Positions 9,615 to 19,681 of a stretch of 64,000 nt of DNA are shown here, in pieces. A program made the translations under genes and the position numbers. How positions within the stretch are numbered: the stretch's first letter is position 1; each line of letters starts with the position of its first letter. This DNA is from Blastocladiella emersonii ATCC 22665 (Eukaryota; Fungi; Blastocladiomycota): assembly GCA_025594325.1 (NCBI GenBank), contig JANHCV010000006.1, forward strand, positions 1,736,001-1,800,000, read 5' to 3'. The notes beneath the pieces were generated by a model. That model did not search any database and was not told where the DNA came from. It saw nothing but the letters and a program-made list of their open reading frames with translations.

Positions 9615-12600
9615 ATGAAGCCCAAATCAAAGAAAAAGGCGCCCGCAACGGTCCGCCAGCCGGCCGCCCGCGCTGCCGCGGCGTCGGCGCCCGCTGCAAC
9701 GACGGCCACCGCCAGCGCCAGCTCCACCTCGACGGCGACGGCGACGGCTGTACCCGCGGCTCCGATCGTCCCGCCCACAAACCTCGTCGACTACTCGGTG
9801 CCGCCCAACATGGCCCAGTTCATGCAGGAGCTCGTGCGCCCCGCGCTGACGTGCCGCGTGCGCCATCCTGCCGAGCGCGTCAAGTACCAGCCGTTCCGCC
9901 AGACCCCGCCGCGCGACCTGACCCTGCACCAGAACATCTGAAACACCGACCTCGTCAAGCTCATGGTGTGCGGCGTCGGCGACCTGAGCTCCATTGCGCG
10001 CACGGCGTGCGACGCCGAGGCCAAGGGCACGGTCGCGACCATCGCGATTATCACCAACGACATTGTGCCCGAAATCCTCGCCCGCAACATGCTCATCCTG
10101 AACGCGCTCGCCTCGAGCGTGCCCGGCGTCGAGACGGACCGCCTCGCGAGCTACGTCGGCCAGCTGTGGTTCTCACACACGATGCAGTACGACGCGCGCG
10201 CGTTCTGGGAGGATCAGATGAAGGATTGCCTCGCCACGGACTGGAACAGTCGCCCCGGGTTCGCGCCCGTGCGCACCCAGAGTCTCGAAACCGTCGAGGC
10301 CGTCCGCCACTGCTGGCGCTCGTGGCTCGACGTCGACTGGTCCGTCGACACGCTGTTCGCCAAGCGCGCCGAGTTCCTCGGCCCCGACGCCGGCTCAAGC
10401 GTCGACGGCGACTTTGCGCAGCTCTTCATGGACAAGCTCCAGAAGCCCGCCGCTCGCTCGATCGAGGCCAAGGCCGTTATCTTTGCTTCCGAGATGGGAG
10501 CGAAAACGTACGGCGAGCCGTACGCCGTGAACCCAACCATGCTGCTCATCCGCGACAACGGCGAGCCGTACTATGCCATCGACGCCACCGCGCGCCCGCT
10601 CGCCATGTTCGACGACCCGGACGTGCACGCCAGCCCGCCCGAGACCGTCATGCTCGCGACCGTCCGCGAGTGGACCGCCGCGCTGCAGCGGATGCTGTTC
10701 CCCGCCGACCCGAAGCTGCGCGTCGTCTCGGTGCTCGGCCACGCGGTCCAGCTGCTCGAGGAGCTGCACGGCGACGACACCATGGGTTTCGACGCCATTG
10801 ACGTCGGAAATCTCGGTGACTTGTGTGGCCTGCTCAACGTCCTGGTCCACGCGTCCGCCATGCTCAACCGCTACCCGTATCCGCGCGCTCGCTCGCACAT
10901 CTACGCCTACACCAAGCGCATGGTCGAGGCCAAGGTCGCGTCGCAGGACGAGTTCGTCGCGGCCGCCACGGGGCTCGCGTACGAGGCGTTCCCCGCGCTG
11001 CTCGCGCTCGGGCTCGTCGAGAAGCCGTTCGAGCACGACTGGACGACGTGGGTCCAGCGGTCGCTCCCGGATCCCGAATCGGGCGTCGTGCAGCTCACCT
11101 TTTTCGGGATCACGGCCGCTGCGGTCCCTACGTCGCTCGCCGACTCGCCGTTTTTGACCGAGGCCCTCGACAAGTGCATGGCGCACCTCAGCAACCCCAA
11201 CTCGCTCGGTAAGACTGCTCCATTGCCACTCCCATCGATCCGCCGCTAACCGCTTGACTCCTCGATCAGACTTCCACTTCAAGACCGACGCGCTGCGCCA
11301 GAAGCTGCTCTCGCACTCGCTCGCGTGGGGCCGTCTCGTGTTCGAGGGCGTCAAGCCGTGCCTCGCACCGCCCTTCTACTCGCCCACCAGCGCCGCTGGC
11401 CGCCTCGAGCCTGGCTCCGTGGCCGAGGCGTTCCAGATGAGCGACCAGATCGCCGCCGCCCTGCTCTACGGCTTGCCTGTCTCCAAGGCGCTGTCAGCGC
11501 CGGACGGCGACTACCTCGGCGCCCTCGATATCGCCCTCCCCGTGCCCGCCGACGAGAACGGTAACGCGCTCGAAGCGGTCGGCCCGTCGCACCTCGTTCT
11601 CGAGATCACGTCGCCGCAGTGCCCGTCGCCGATCCGCATCGAGAGCCTGCGCACCAAGATCACCAAGGAGAACCCGCCGCGCCTGCGCGTCGTCGCGTTC
11701 GTGCCGCAGCGCGTGCACATCGAGGCGCTCAAGCCCGGCGCGCTGTGCCTGTACCGCGAGTTCCTCCCGCCGCGCCTCGGCGGTCCGTCGCCGCAGCGCG
11801 ACCGCGAGCTCGTCGGCTGTGGCCCCGTCCCGCGCGACTGCATCCTCCCCTCCGAGATCCCCTTCACCCCGCTCCACCGCTGTCTCCGCGGTCTCGTCAC
11901 GCGCGTCGACGACTGCCGCGCCATCGACCCGGCGGGCCCGCGCGCGTTCCCGGTGCTGCTGCCCATCGTCCGCGTCGTCGAGGCGCGCGGCACGGTCGAG
12001 ATCGTCCTCGCGCTCCCGCCGCGCCTCGCCGACGCGAAGCTCACGCTGGCATCCAAGCAGCTGCATCGGGCGCAGTACGGCGCGGCGATCCTCGTCGTGA
12101 ACGGGCGCCCGCAGATCATGCGGCTCACGTCGCCCGTGCGCACGGTCAAGGTGCGCGTCGCGCGCAAGCTGGGCCGCGTCACGGTCGTCCTCGAGCGCGT
12201 CATGTACCCCGACATCGACCTGGGCCCGATCGACCACGCGCCGCGCCTCAGCGACCGCATGGTGCGTCGGCTGCGCGACGGTGCGGTCGCCCGTGCGCTC
12301 GAGGCGGCGCGCGCTGCCGCGCCTGATCCGCGGTTCCGCCTGTCGCGAGACCTGATCCCGGACGACGACTCGCAGGGATACAAGGCCAACTACACGTCCG
12401 CGCTCATCCTCGAGCTGTTCGACGCGTTCGAGCGCGGCGCGCAGATCGTCGACGTGCGGCCCGTGAACGAGGGGTTCCCGCTCGCCGTCTTCTTGCTGTA
12501 CGGGACCGTGCTCGTTCCAGCCCAGGGACCGGGTATGGCTCCGACGCCCGGCCTCCGTGCTGCGGTCGCAACGGCCTGCGCCACTTTTGCCCGCGACGGT

Positions 12601-12897
12601 GTCCCTGGTTTGTGGGCAAACGCCTCGCTGCTCAACCAGTTTCTCGAGGCTCAGCATCCCGGCGCTCGCGACAACAACCGGTTCAACGTGATTCTCGATT
12701 CCACGGCCGCGCAGTCCACGCTCCTCAGCGACCTCTTGACGGACTTCCTCGCGGCGCGCCGGGCCGAGGTGCTCGCGGACGACCCACGCTTCGACGCTCG
12801 GGTGTACAAGCGCATCCACCCGCTCCTCCTTTCCGTCGTGCTCGTCCCGCTGTGCAAGCTCCGCGGCCTGGCCAAGTTCGAGGTTGTCAAGGAGTAG
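9615..12897 (+). pseudogene. DUF4470-like paralog 2 with a single in-frame TGA at codon 109 (pseudogene, nonsense allele or readthrough)
   Basis: ORFs 9615-9941 and 9963-11249 are in the same frame, separated by TGA at 9939-9941 (HQNI*NTDLVKLMVCGVGD versus HQDVTDTSILKLWISGVGD in paralog 3). Intron 11209-11269 (GTAAGA..GCTAAC..TCAG) is at the same position as in the paralogs. Spliced length is 3222 nt. Confidence 0.75.
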
Positions 12898-13039
12898 GTT
12901 GTGCGCGCTCGGCTCGTGGTTCTGTATATATATCAGCGTTCTGTGAATCAAACGCCTCGTCCTTATCTCCAATCGCACGGCATGGCCCCGAGCGATGCAG
13001 GGACCAGGGGAATATCAGATTGTGAGGATGAGGAACTCG

Positions 13040-13672
13040 CGGTACGCCGATTCGAAGGCGCCGCCTACGTAGTGGCGGGCGAGAACGGGGTGCCGCGGTG
13101 CCTTGAGGCGGGCACTTCAAATGACCGACCAGCTGCAGGGACGCCGGCGCGGGGATGTACGGGTACGCGCCCGGGTTGGAGGTCGCCTTCCTCAAGCTGC
13201 GCGCAATAGCAAAGTTGGAGCAAGAGGTTGATGATCTACGCAACGAGGTCGAGAGCGTTGAATCAAAGGACCGACAGCATACTCGCGGCGGGGCCGGAGG
13301 CAGTGTAGCGGCAGAGGGTCTGCATCAAGAGCTGCTGCAGATCGGCGATGTTGAGGTTGCGCGCGCCGTGCGTCATGTCGAGCACGTTGTGCGGATGCAG
13401 ATAAACTTGAGCAAGGTACACGCAGTCAAAGGCGGCTGGCGCAACGGTGCGCGAGGAACGTGGCGAGGACGAGGTCGGCCGCAGCCGGCTACTTGAACAA
13501 CGCCGCGCGCAGGACAACCAAGACCGCCGAGAGCATGATGCGGTCCGCGCATACCCCCAAAAAGTTCCGGTACGCGTAGGTTGAAGTCGGAAAGGTGGTC
13601 GCCCGCTTTCAAGGCAGTCGTCACGGGCTGCTGTGGCGAGGGCGGCCTGAAGGTCGAAGAGTTACTTGGCAC
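13040..13672 (-). pseudogene. Degraded coding-like fragments, no family assigned
   Basis: Protein-like stretches (DCVYLAQVYLHPHNVLDMTHGARNLNIADLQQLLMQTLCRY; FNALDLVA*IINLLLQLCYCAQLEE) broken by stops and frame changes. Confidence 0.2.
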
Positions 13673-14256
13673 ACATATAGCAAGTGCTTATTGCGTGGTT
13701 ACATGGTGTAATGCATAGAGTGCCGCGTTGCTTTCATTCATGGCTGTGGCGGGGAGGGAGGGAGGGCGGAGGGAAGGATAGAGCGGCGCTGAACGACTGA
13801 TTGATCGGCCGTCTCAAGTCACGCGGGTCAGGCGGATGTGACCAGCGCGTCGGAGGGAGCCCCGCCTGCGCATGACCTCGACACGAACGACAAGAGGACG
13901 AATCCATGGCGGAAAGTCCTTTTGATTCCCTAGCTATCAGTGCTGCACGAACGCCCTCTGGCACCGTACAAGTTCGCCAGGTTCTTGGCCGGCACGCAGG
14001 CTTCCTGCACGGCTTCGCGAAATCACGGAGTTCAAACGGTTCACGGCGCGTCTCGTATTGCGGTACGTGTGGCGGCCGGTGGACGCCGGGTGCGTGTCGC
14101 AGATCGAGTTCACTACCACGACCAGGACGGCCGAGGTCCCATTTGTGCGAGCCTTGCACGATTGAACTGGCCAGTGCTCACGGAGTCTCAAGGCTGTTGC
14201 GAGCAATATCCGCAGATTCAAAGCACAAAAGTCCTTAAATCGATTGATAGGCTCCT

Positions 14257-16043
14257 TCAGAATAGCTCAACCACCGCCGTCCCACGGAAAGTTGATTTGT
14301 TGCCATCAGTTGATGCATGCTGAAGGCGTAGCCCCCAAGTGCGTCTGTTGCTGTACGCCGCTGGCTTGGACCACTCCGAAATCGCTGCCTTAACATTTCC
14401 GGCCGTGTTCAGTCCCAACGAACAAAGCGGCGAAGTATCATTTCCTGTCCTGTCGAAAAGAATCAAGTGAGCTCGTTGCATGGCTGCCGCTCGAGGGTCG
14501 GTGTAAGGCGCAGAAGTTGGTTTCAACTGCACACTACATACTCAGGAGATGAACACATTAGCGTGGTGTGACCGTCCCCGGGTAAAAGAGTTTCGTACAT
14601 GACAGCACTTAGCACCTTCTGACCATTCTTCTCAAGGAAGCCCAAGTGGACCGACCAAGACCAACCGCCGAAAAACAAGGGGATCGTCGAGTGCTTAAGG
14701 GTCGAGTCCGTGTCGATAACAAAATCAAAAGGGATGCGCACTCCATGGCTGCGAACGACAGCCGCGGCACTCGTGGTGGCCTGATCGTTTCGCTCACCCA
14801 AGTCCGCGAGGGCGTGATTGACCACACTTTGAATTTCTTGAGGTGGCTCAGGATAGCCCTTTGCGTTGATACGTGTGTCGCCGGCGCTGGAGGACAAGAC
14901 AGCCAAGCGAAGTGCAGTGGCCTCGAATGCAGCTGCCTTGATACCGGTCAGAAAGTAGGCGTCCCGAGCGGCAAGGGGGCTCGCTAACACACGGGCCAGG
15001 TCCGAGTCGGACATGCTGGCAAATTATACGACTCGCAGAATGTCGGCGGGGGCCACATTGAGATCGGCAAGAAGTTCGTAGCGCGAGATTTCCGACGGTG
15101 CCCAGAATTCGGGCGCAACGGCAACGCGGCGAACGAGTTTGAGAGGGCATCGTTTCAATACGGCTTTGGTGACTGGGTGCGGGCCAAGGAACTGGAGGTG
15201 GCTAATTGTGGTCGAGAGGAGCGAGGATATGGGTGCGGGGTAGTCGTGCTCAAGGGAGCTGGTCATGACCCGGGCAGCAAACGGTGGGAAGGAATCAAGC
15301 TCTGGTTCCTCGATTGAAGCGCATTTGGCTAGGCGAGCTGCGTAGAAATCGTGACAGGCGGTAACGAGTTGCGGCACGTCTACCAAAGTACAGGAATCGA
15401 GTGAGTGAGTGAGTGAGTGTGCGACCTGGTGTGACTGGCAGGTCTACGAACCAAAGTAGGAAGCCGCGTGAATCGCGTCAAAGAAGCTGCTCAGCGTGAT
15501 GCGCGAGCCCAACATCTTGGCACAACCACCGTAGAGAGCAACAAGCGCCGACTCCCACACGTGCACCGAGCGGATCACCACGGCGCCGTCGTCCGCTGAC
15601 CCCTCGGCCTCGTGCGCACTCGCGGCTGGCTCGTTGTCGCGGGTGTCGGCCGCCTCGGAGGTACCCAAGCCAACGTTCGCATCGCTGATCTCGCTGCCAG
15701 TCTCGGTATATTTCAAGTCGATTGCGCTGTCGCCGCCGTCGACGGGACCGCCTTCAACTTCGCTCGGTACAGCAAAGTCAAGCACAAACGCGCCGACTTC
15801 GATCGGCTCACGCCACGCGCCGTTCAGCAACGCGGCAAAGAAGGGGCTCTGAACAAGGACGGCGCGATGCAGCGCATATGTGCGTCCGTGCAGCGACACG
15901 GTGATGTCCGACTGGTCGCCCGAGACGGCAAGCTTTTGAAAGTGGCGGACAAGCGTCGGACACTTGGCGGCACAATCACACTCGGTCGCAAGCGTGTCCT
16001 TGAAGGACGGCATTTCTCCATGAGTTGCATGTAGTTGCTTCAT
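14257..16043 (-). pseudogene. BTB/POZ-BACK-type protein (germ-cell-less-like), possible MATH-like C-terminus, with one in-frame TAA
   Basis: BTB motif SDITVSLHGRTYALHRAVLVQSPFFAALLNGAWRE and AASYF/DVPQLVTAC after splicing intron 15380-15451. Also PEFWAPSEISRYELL. A second intron, 14534-14598 (GTACGA..GCTAAT..GTAG), gives VLSAVIVQLK. Spliced length is 1650 nt. In-frame TAA at 15024-15026 (RVV*FASMSDSDL). Confidence 0.7.
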
Positions 16044-16242
16044 GATTACGGCAGGGTGCAGCGTCGGCGGGAGGGAGAGGGGCAGCGAGGTCGAGTCGGC
16101 GATGCGAGTCACTCGCGCTTCGCGTTGGTCATGCTTGCCCAACGCGTTTTCGACCGGCCCACGCTGGGCCATCCATCGCTTTCCCGCACGTCCCCGCCGC
16201 TCATCCTCGCTCTCCCCATCGCGCGTTTGATATCTGCCCGCC

Positions 16243-19200
16243 ATGAAGCCCAGGCTCAAGAAGAAAGTGCCCGCGACGGTGCGCCAGATGGCCGCCCGCG
16301 CCGCGGCCGCGTCGGGCCCGTCCGCCGCCACGCCCTCCTCCCTGCCCTTCATCCCGTCGACACCCATCATCCCACCCACCGACCGCGACGAGCGAGCTGC
16401 GCCGCCGGGCATGGCCAAGTTCGTGCGCGAGCTCGTGCGCCCGGCGCTGACGTGCCGCGCGCGGTACCCGGCCGAGCGCATCGCCAAGTTCCGCCCGTTC
16501 CGCCAGACGCCGCCGCGCGACCTGACCCTGCACCAGGACGTGACCGACACGAGCATCCTCAAGCTGTGGATCAGCGGCGTCGGCGACCTGAGCACGGTCG
16601 CGCGCACCGCGTGCGACGCCGAGGCCAAGGGCGCGACCGCCACCGTCTCGATCATCACCAACGACATCATCCCCGAGATCCTCGCCCGCAACATGTTGAT
16701 CCTCAACGCGCTCGCCTCGAGCGGCGCTGCCGCCGACACGGGCCGCCTCGCCAGCTACGTCGGCCAGCTGTGGTTCTCGCTCACGATGCAGCCCGACGCA
16801 CGCGAGTTCTGGGACGCGCAGATGCGCGCGTGCCTCGCCAAGGACTGGGGCAGCCTGTCCGCCGACGCGCCCGTGCGCACCCAGAGCCAGGAGACGGTCG
16901 AAGTCGTGCGCCACTGCTGGCGGTCGTGGCTCGACGTCGGCTGGTCCGTCGACAAGCTGTTCGCCAAGCGCGACGAGTACCTCGGCACCGACGCGGGCTG
17001 GGACGGCGACCTCGCCTATGTCTTCCCGGACGAGTTTCGCGAGTTCTCCCGGATCTTCGAGAGCAAGCTGCAGGTCTCGGACCGGCCCGCGCCCGTCGTG
17101 AACCCGACGATTCTCCTCGTCCGCGCCAACGGCGAGCCGTACTACGCCATCGACGCCGACACGCGCCCGCTCGCCATGTTCACCGACCCGGACCTGTACG
17201 CTGGCTCGCCCGAGTCCGTCGCGCGCGAGACGGTGCACGAGTGGACTTCTGCGCTGCAGCGCATGCTCACCGGCCGCAGGCCGAAGCTACACGTCGTGTC
17301 GGTGGTGGGCCACGCGATCCAGCTGCTCGAGGAGTTCCAGGGCGGCGAGTCGTTCAGCAACGACGTAATTGACGTTGGCAACCTCTGCGACTCGTGCGGC
17401 CTGCTCAACGTCCTGGTCCACGCCTCGGCGCTGCTCAACCGCTTCCCCTACCCGCGCCCGCGCTCGCGCATCTACGCTTACACCAAGCGCATACCCGAGG
17501 TCGGCACGGGCACCGTGTCGCAGGAGGCCTTTGTCGAGGCCGCCACGGGGCTCGCGTACGAGGCGTTCCCGGCGCTGCTCGCCCTCGGGCTCGTCGAGAA
17601 GCCGTTCGAGCACGACTGGACGACGTGGGTGCAGCGGTCGCTCCCTGATCCTGGCTCAGGCGACGTGCAGCTCACTTTCTACGGGATCACGGCCGCCGCG
17701 GTCCCCACGTCGCTCGCCGACTCGCCGTTCCTCATGGACGCCCTCGACAAGTGCATGGCCCATCTCAGCAACCCGAAATCGCTCGGTACGATTCGCTCGC
17801 TTTCACTAATCTGTCCGTTCGCTGACTTCGCCTGTCCGTGTCCAGACTTCCACTTCAAGACCAACGTGCTGCGCCAGAAGATGCTCTCGTACGGGCTCGC
17901 GTGGGGCCGCCTCGTGTTCGAAGGCGCCAAGCCGTGCCTCGCGCCGCCGTTTTTCGCCGCGGGCAGCACGGCCGGCGAGCTCAAGCCGGCCACGGTCGCC
18001 AAGACGTTCGAGGTGAGCGACCAGGTCGCCGCGTCGCTCCTGTACGGCCTACCCGTGTCCAAGCCACTGGCGACGCCCAACGGCGACTACCTCGGCGCCC
18101 TCGACATTGCGCTGCCCGTGCCCGCCGACTCGCGCGGCAACGCGCTGCTGGCCGCCGGCAAGTCGCACCTCGTCCTCGAGATCACCGCGCCGCAGAGCGC
18201 GAAACCGATCCGCATCGAGAGCCTGCGCGCCAAGCTGACTAGGGAGAACCCGCAGCGCCTGTACGTCGTCGCCTTCATCCCGCAGCGGGTGATGACCGAG
18301 GCCATCAAGCCCGGTGCGCTGCGCCTGTACCGCGAGTTCCTCCCGCCGCACCTCGGCGGCCCGTCGCCGCAGCGCGAGCGCGAGCTCGTTGGCGGCCGCG
18401 CTGTCCCGTACAACTACGTGCTGCCGTCCGAGATTCCCTTCTACCCCTTCTACCGGTGCCTGCGCGGGCTCGTGACACGCGTCGAGGACTGCCGCACCAT
18501 CGACCCGGCGAACCCGCTCGCGTTCCCGCGCCAGCTGCCTGTCCTGCACGTCGCCGAGTCGTGCGACGCGGTCGAGATCGTCCTCGCGCTCCCGCCGCGC
18601 CTCGCAGACGCGTCACTCACGCTGCCGATCCCGGAAATGGTCAAGAAGCACTTTGGCGCGGCCATCCTCGTCGTGAACGGGCGCCCGCAGATCATGCGGC
18701 TCACGTCGCCGGTGCGCATGGTCAAGGTGCGTGCCGACCGCAAGCAGCGCCGCGTCACGGTCATCCTCGAGCGCGTGCTGTACCCTGACAAGGAGTACGG
18801 CTCGGGCGTCCGCCCGGCGCAGCACAGCAAGCGCATGGTACGCCAGCCACGCGACGCCGCGTTCGCACGCGCCCTCGAAGCGGCGGGCCGTGCAGCGCCC
18901 GACCCGGACCTCCGGTGGTCGCCGACCCTCGACCTCGGCAACCTCTCGCCGCGCGACGAGGCCACGTACACGGCCGCGCTCGTGTTCGCGCTGTTCGACG
19001 CGTATGCCCGCGGCTCGCAGATGGTCGTGCTCCGCGCCAGGGAAATGGGCGGGATGCCGATCGCGCTGTTCATCTTCTACGACCGCGTGCTCGTCCCGGC
19101 GCAGGGCCCGGGCATGGCACCGACGCCCGGCCTGTGCGCGGGCTTCGCGTCGTTCGCGGGGATCCGCGGCGTCTCGGTCGACATGCAGATGAACTCGACG

Positions 19201-19479
19201 ATGATCCAGACCTTCCTCGCGTCGCAGCACCCGGCGGGCGGCTCGGACACGTTCGTGACCACGTACAAGTGCTCGCTCTCCCACGTCAACCTGCTGCACG
19301 GCGCCACGACGCAGTACGTCGCGGGGCCCGACAACTCCATGGTGCCCGCCAACGACCCGCGGTTCAACGCCGCCACGTACAAGTTCCTGCGCGGCATCCT
19401 CGTGCAGACCCTGATCCTCCCGGTGTGCAAGCTCCGCGGCATGCGCGGCATGGCCAAGTTCGAGGTGGTCGAGGAGTAG
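16243..19479 (+). CDS. DUF4470-like paralog 3 (intact, ~1058 aa after removing 60-nt intron)
   Basis: Same motifs as paralogs 1 and 2. Intron 17786-17845 (GTACGA..CACTAAT..CCAG) is at the conserved position, is 3n and has no stop, so the ORF track shows a single 1078-aa ORF. Confidence 0.85.
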   Translation: MKPRLKKKVPATVRQMAARAAAASGPSAATPSSLPFIPSTPIIPPTDRDERAAPPGMAKFVRELVRPALTCRARYPAERIAKFRPFRQTPPRDLTLHQDVTDTSILKLWISGVGDLSTVARTACDAEAKGATATVSIITNDIIPEILARNMLILNALASSGAAADTGRLASYVGQLWFSLTMQPDAREFWDAQMRACLAKDWGSLSADAPVRTQSQETVEVVRHCWRSWLDVGWSVDKLFAKRDEYLGTDAGWDGDLAYVFPDEFREFSRIFESKLQVSDRPAPVVNPTILLVRANGEPYYAIDADTRPLAMFTDPDLYAGSPESVARETVHEWTSALQRMLTGRRPKLHVVSVVGHAIQLLEEFQGGESFSNDVIDVGNLCDSCGLLNVLVHASALLNRFPYPRPRSRIYAYTKRIPEVGTGTVSQEAFVEAATGLAYEAFPALLALGLVEKPFEHDWTTWVQRSLPDPGSGDVQLTFYGITAAAVPTSLADSPFLMDALDKCMAHLSNPKSLGTIRSLSLICPFADFACPCPDFHFKTNVLRQKMLSYGLAWGRLVFEGAKPCLAPPFFAAGSTAGELKPATVAKTFEVSDQVAASLLYGLPVSKPLATPNGDYLGALDIALPVPADSRGNALLAAGKSHLVLEITAPQSAKPIRIESLRAKLTRENPQRLYVVAFIPQRVMTEAIKPGALRLYREFLPPHLGGPSPQRERELVGGRAVPYNYVLPSEIPFYPFYRCLRGLVTRVEDCRTIDPANPLAFPRQLPVLHVAESCDAVEIVLALPPRLADASLTLPIPEMVKKHFGAAILVVNGRPQIMRLTSPVRMVKVRADRKQRRVTVILERVLYPDKEYGSGVRPAQHSKRMVRQPRDAAFARALEAAGRAAPDPDLRWSPTLDLGNLSPRDEATYTAALVFALFDAYARGSQMVVLRAREMGGMPIALFIFYDRVLVPAQGPGMAPTPGLCAGFASFAGIRGVSVDMQMNSTMIQTFLASQHPAGGSDTFVTTYKCSLSHVNLLHGATTQYVAGPDNSMVPANDPRFNAATYKFLRGILVQTLILPVCKLRGMRGMAKFEVVEE

Positions 19480-19681
19480 GTATCGTGTCTTGTCCTCGAG
19501 GAGTGTCTCTGTATATATCAGCGTTCTGGTTCAGGACCTTTGTCTGCGTGGCAACGTCGAGATGAACGACGCGTGCTGCGTCGCGTTGCGCCCCTCGCAC
19601 GATTGCGACCCGACACACACTCGCCTGGCGCGCCGTCAAGTCCAAAATGCATTCTATGTCTAGTCTCCCTCCCGCTCTCCC

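Noticed and set aside
9939-9941. Selenocysteine codon
   Set aside because: The aligned residues in the paralogs are Thr/Ala rather than Cys, there is no redox motif, and no SECIS was identified. A few early-diverging fungi do use Sec, so a SECIS search would close this.
15017-15033. Tiny 14-17 nt intron (GT..GCCAG) removing the BTB gene's TAA
   Set aside because: It is far below the 57-77 nt intron size seen here and has no branch site. The frame is continuous without it.
4187-19479. DNAAF3 (dynein assembly factor) orthology of the DUF4470 genes
   Set aside because: The length (~1050 aa), C-terminal architecture and tandem amplification fit the larger fungal DUF4470 family rather than the single-copy, much shorter DNAAF3.
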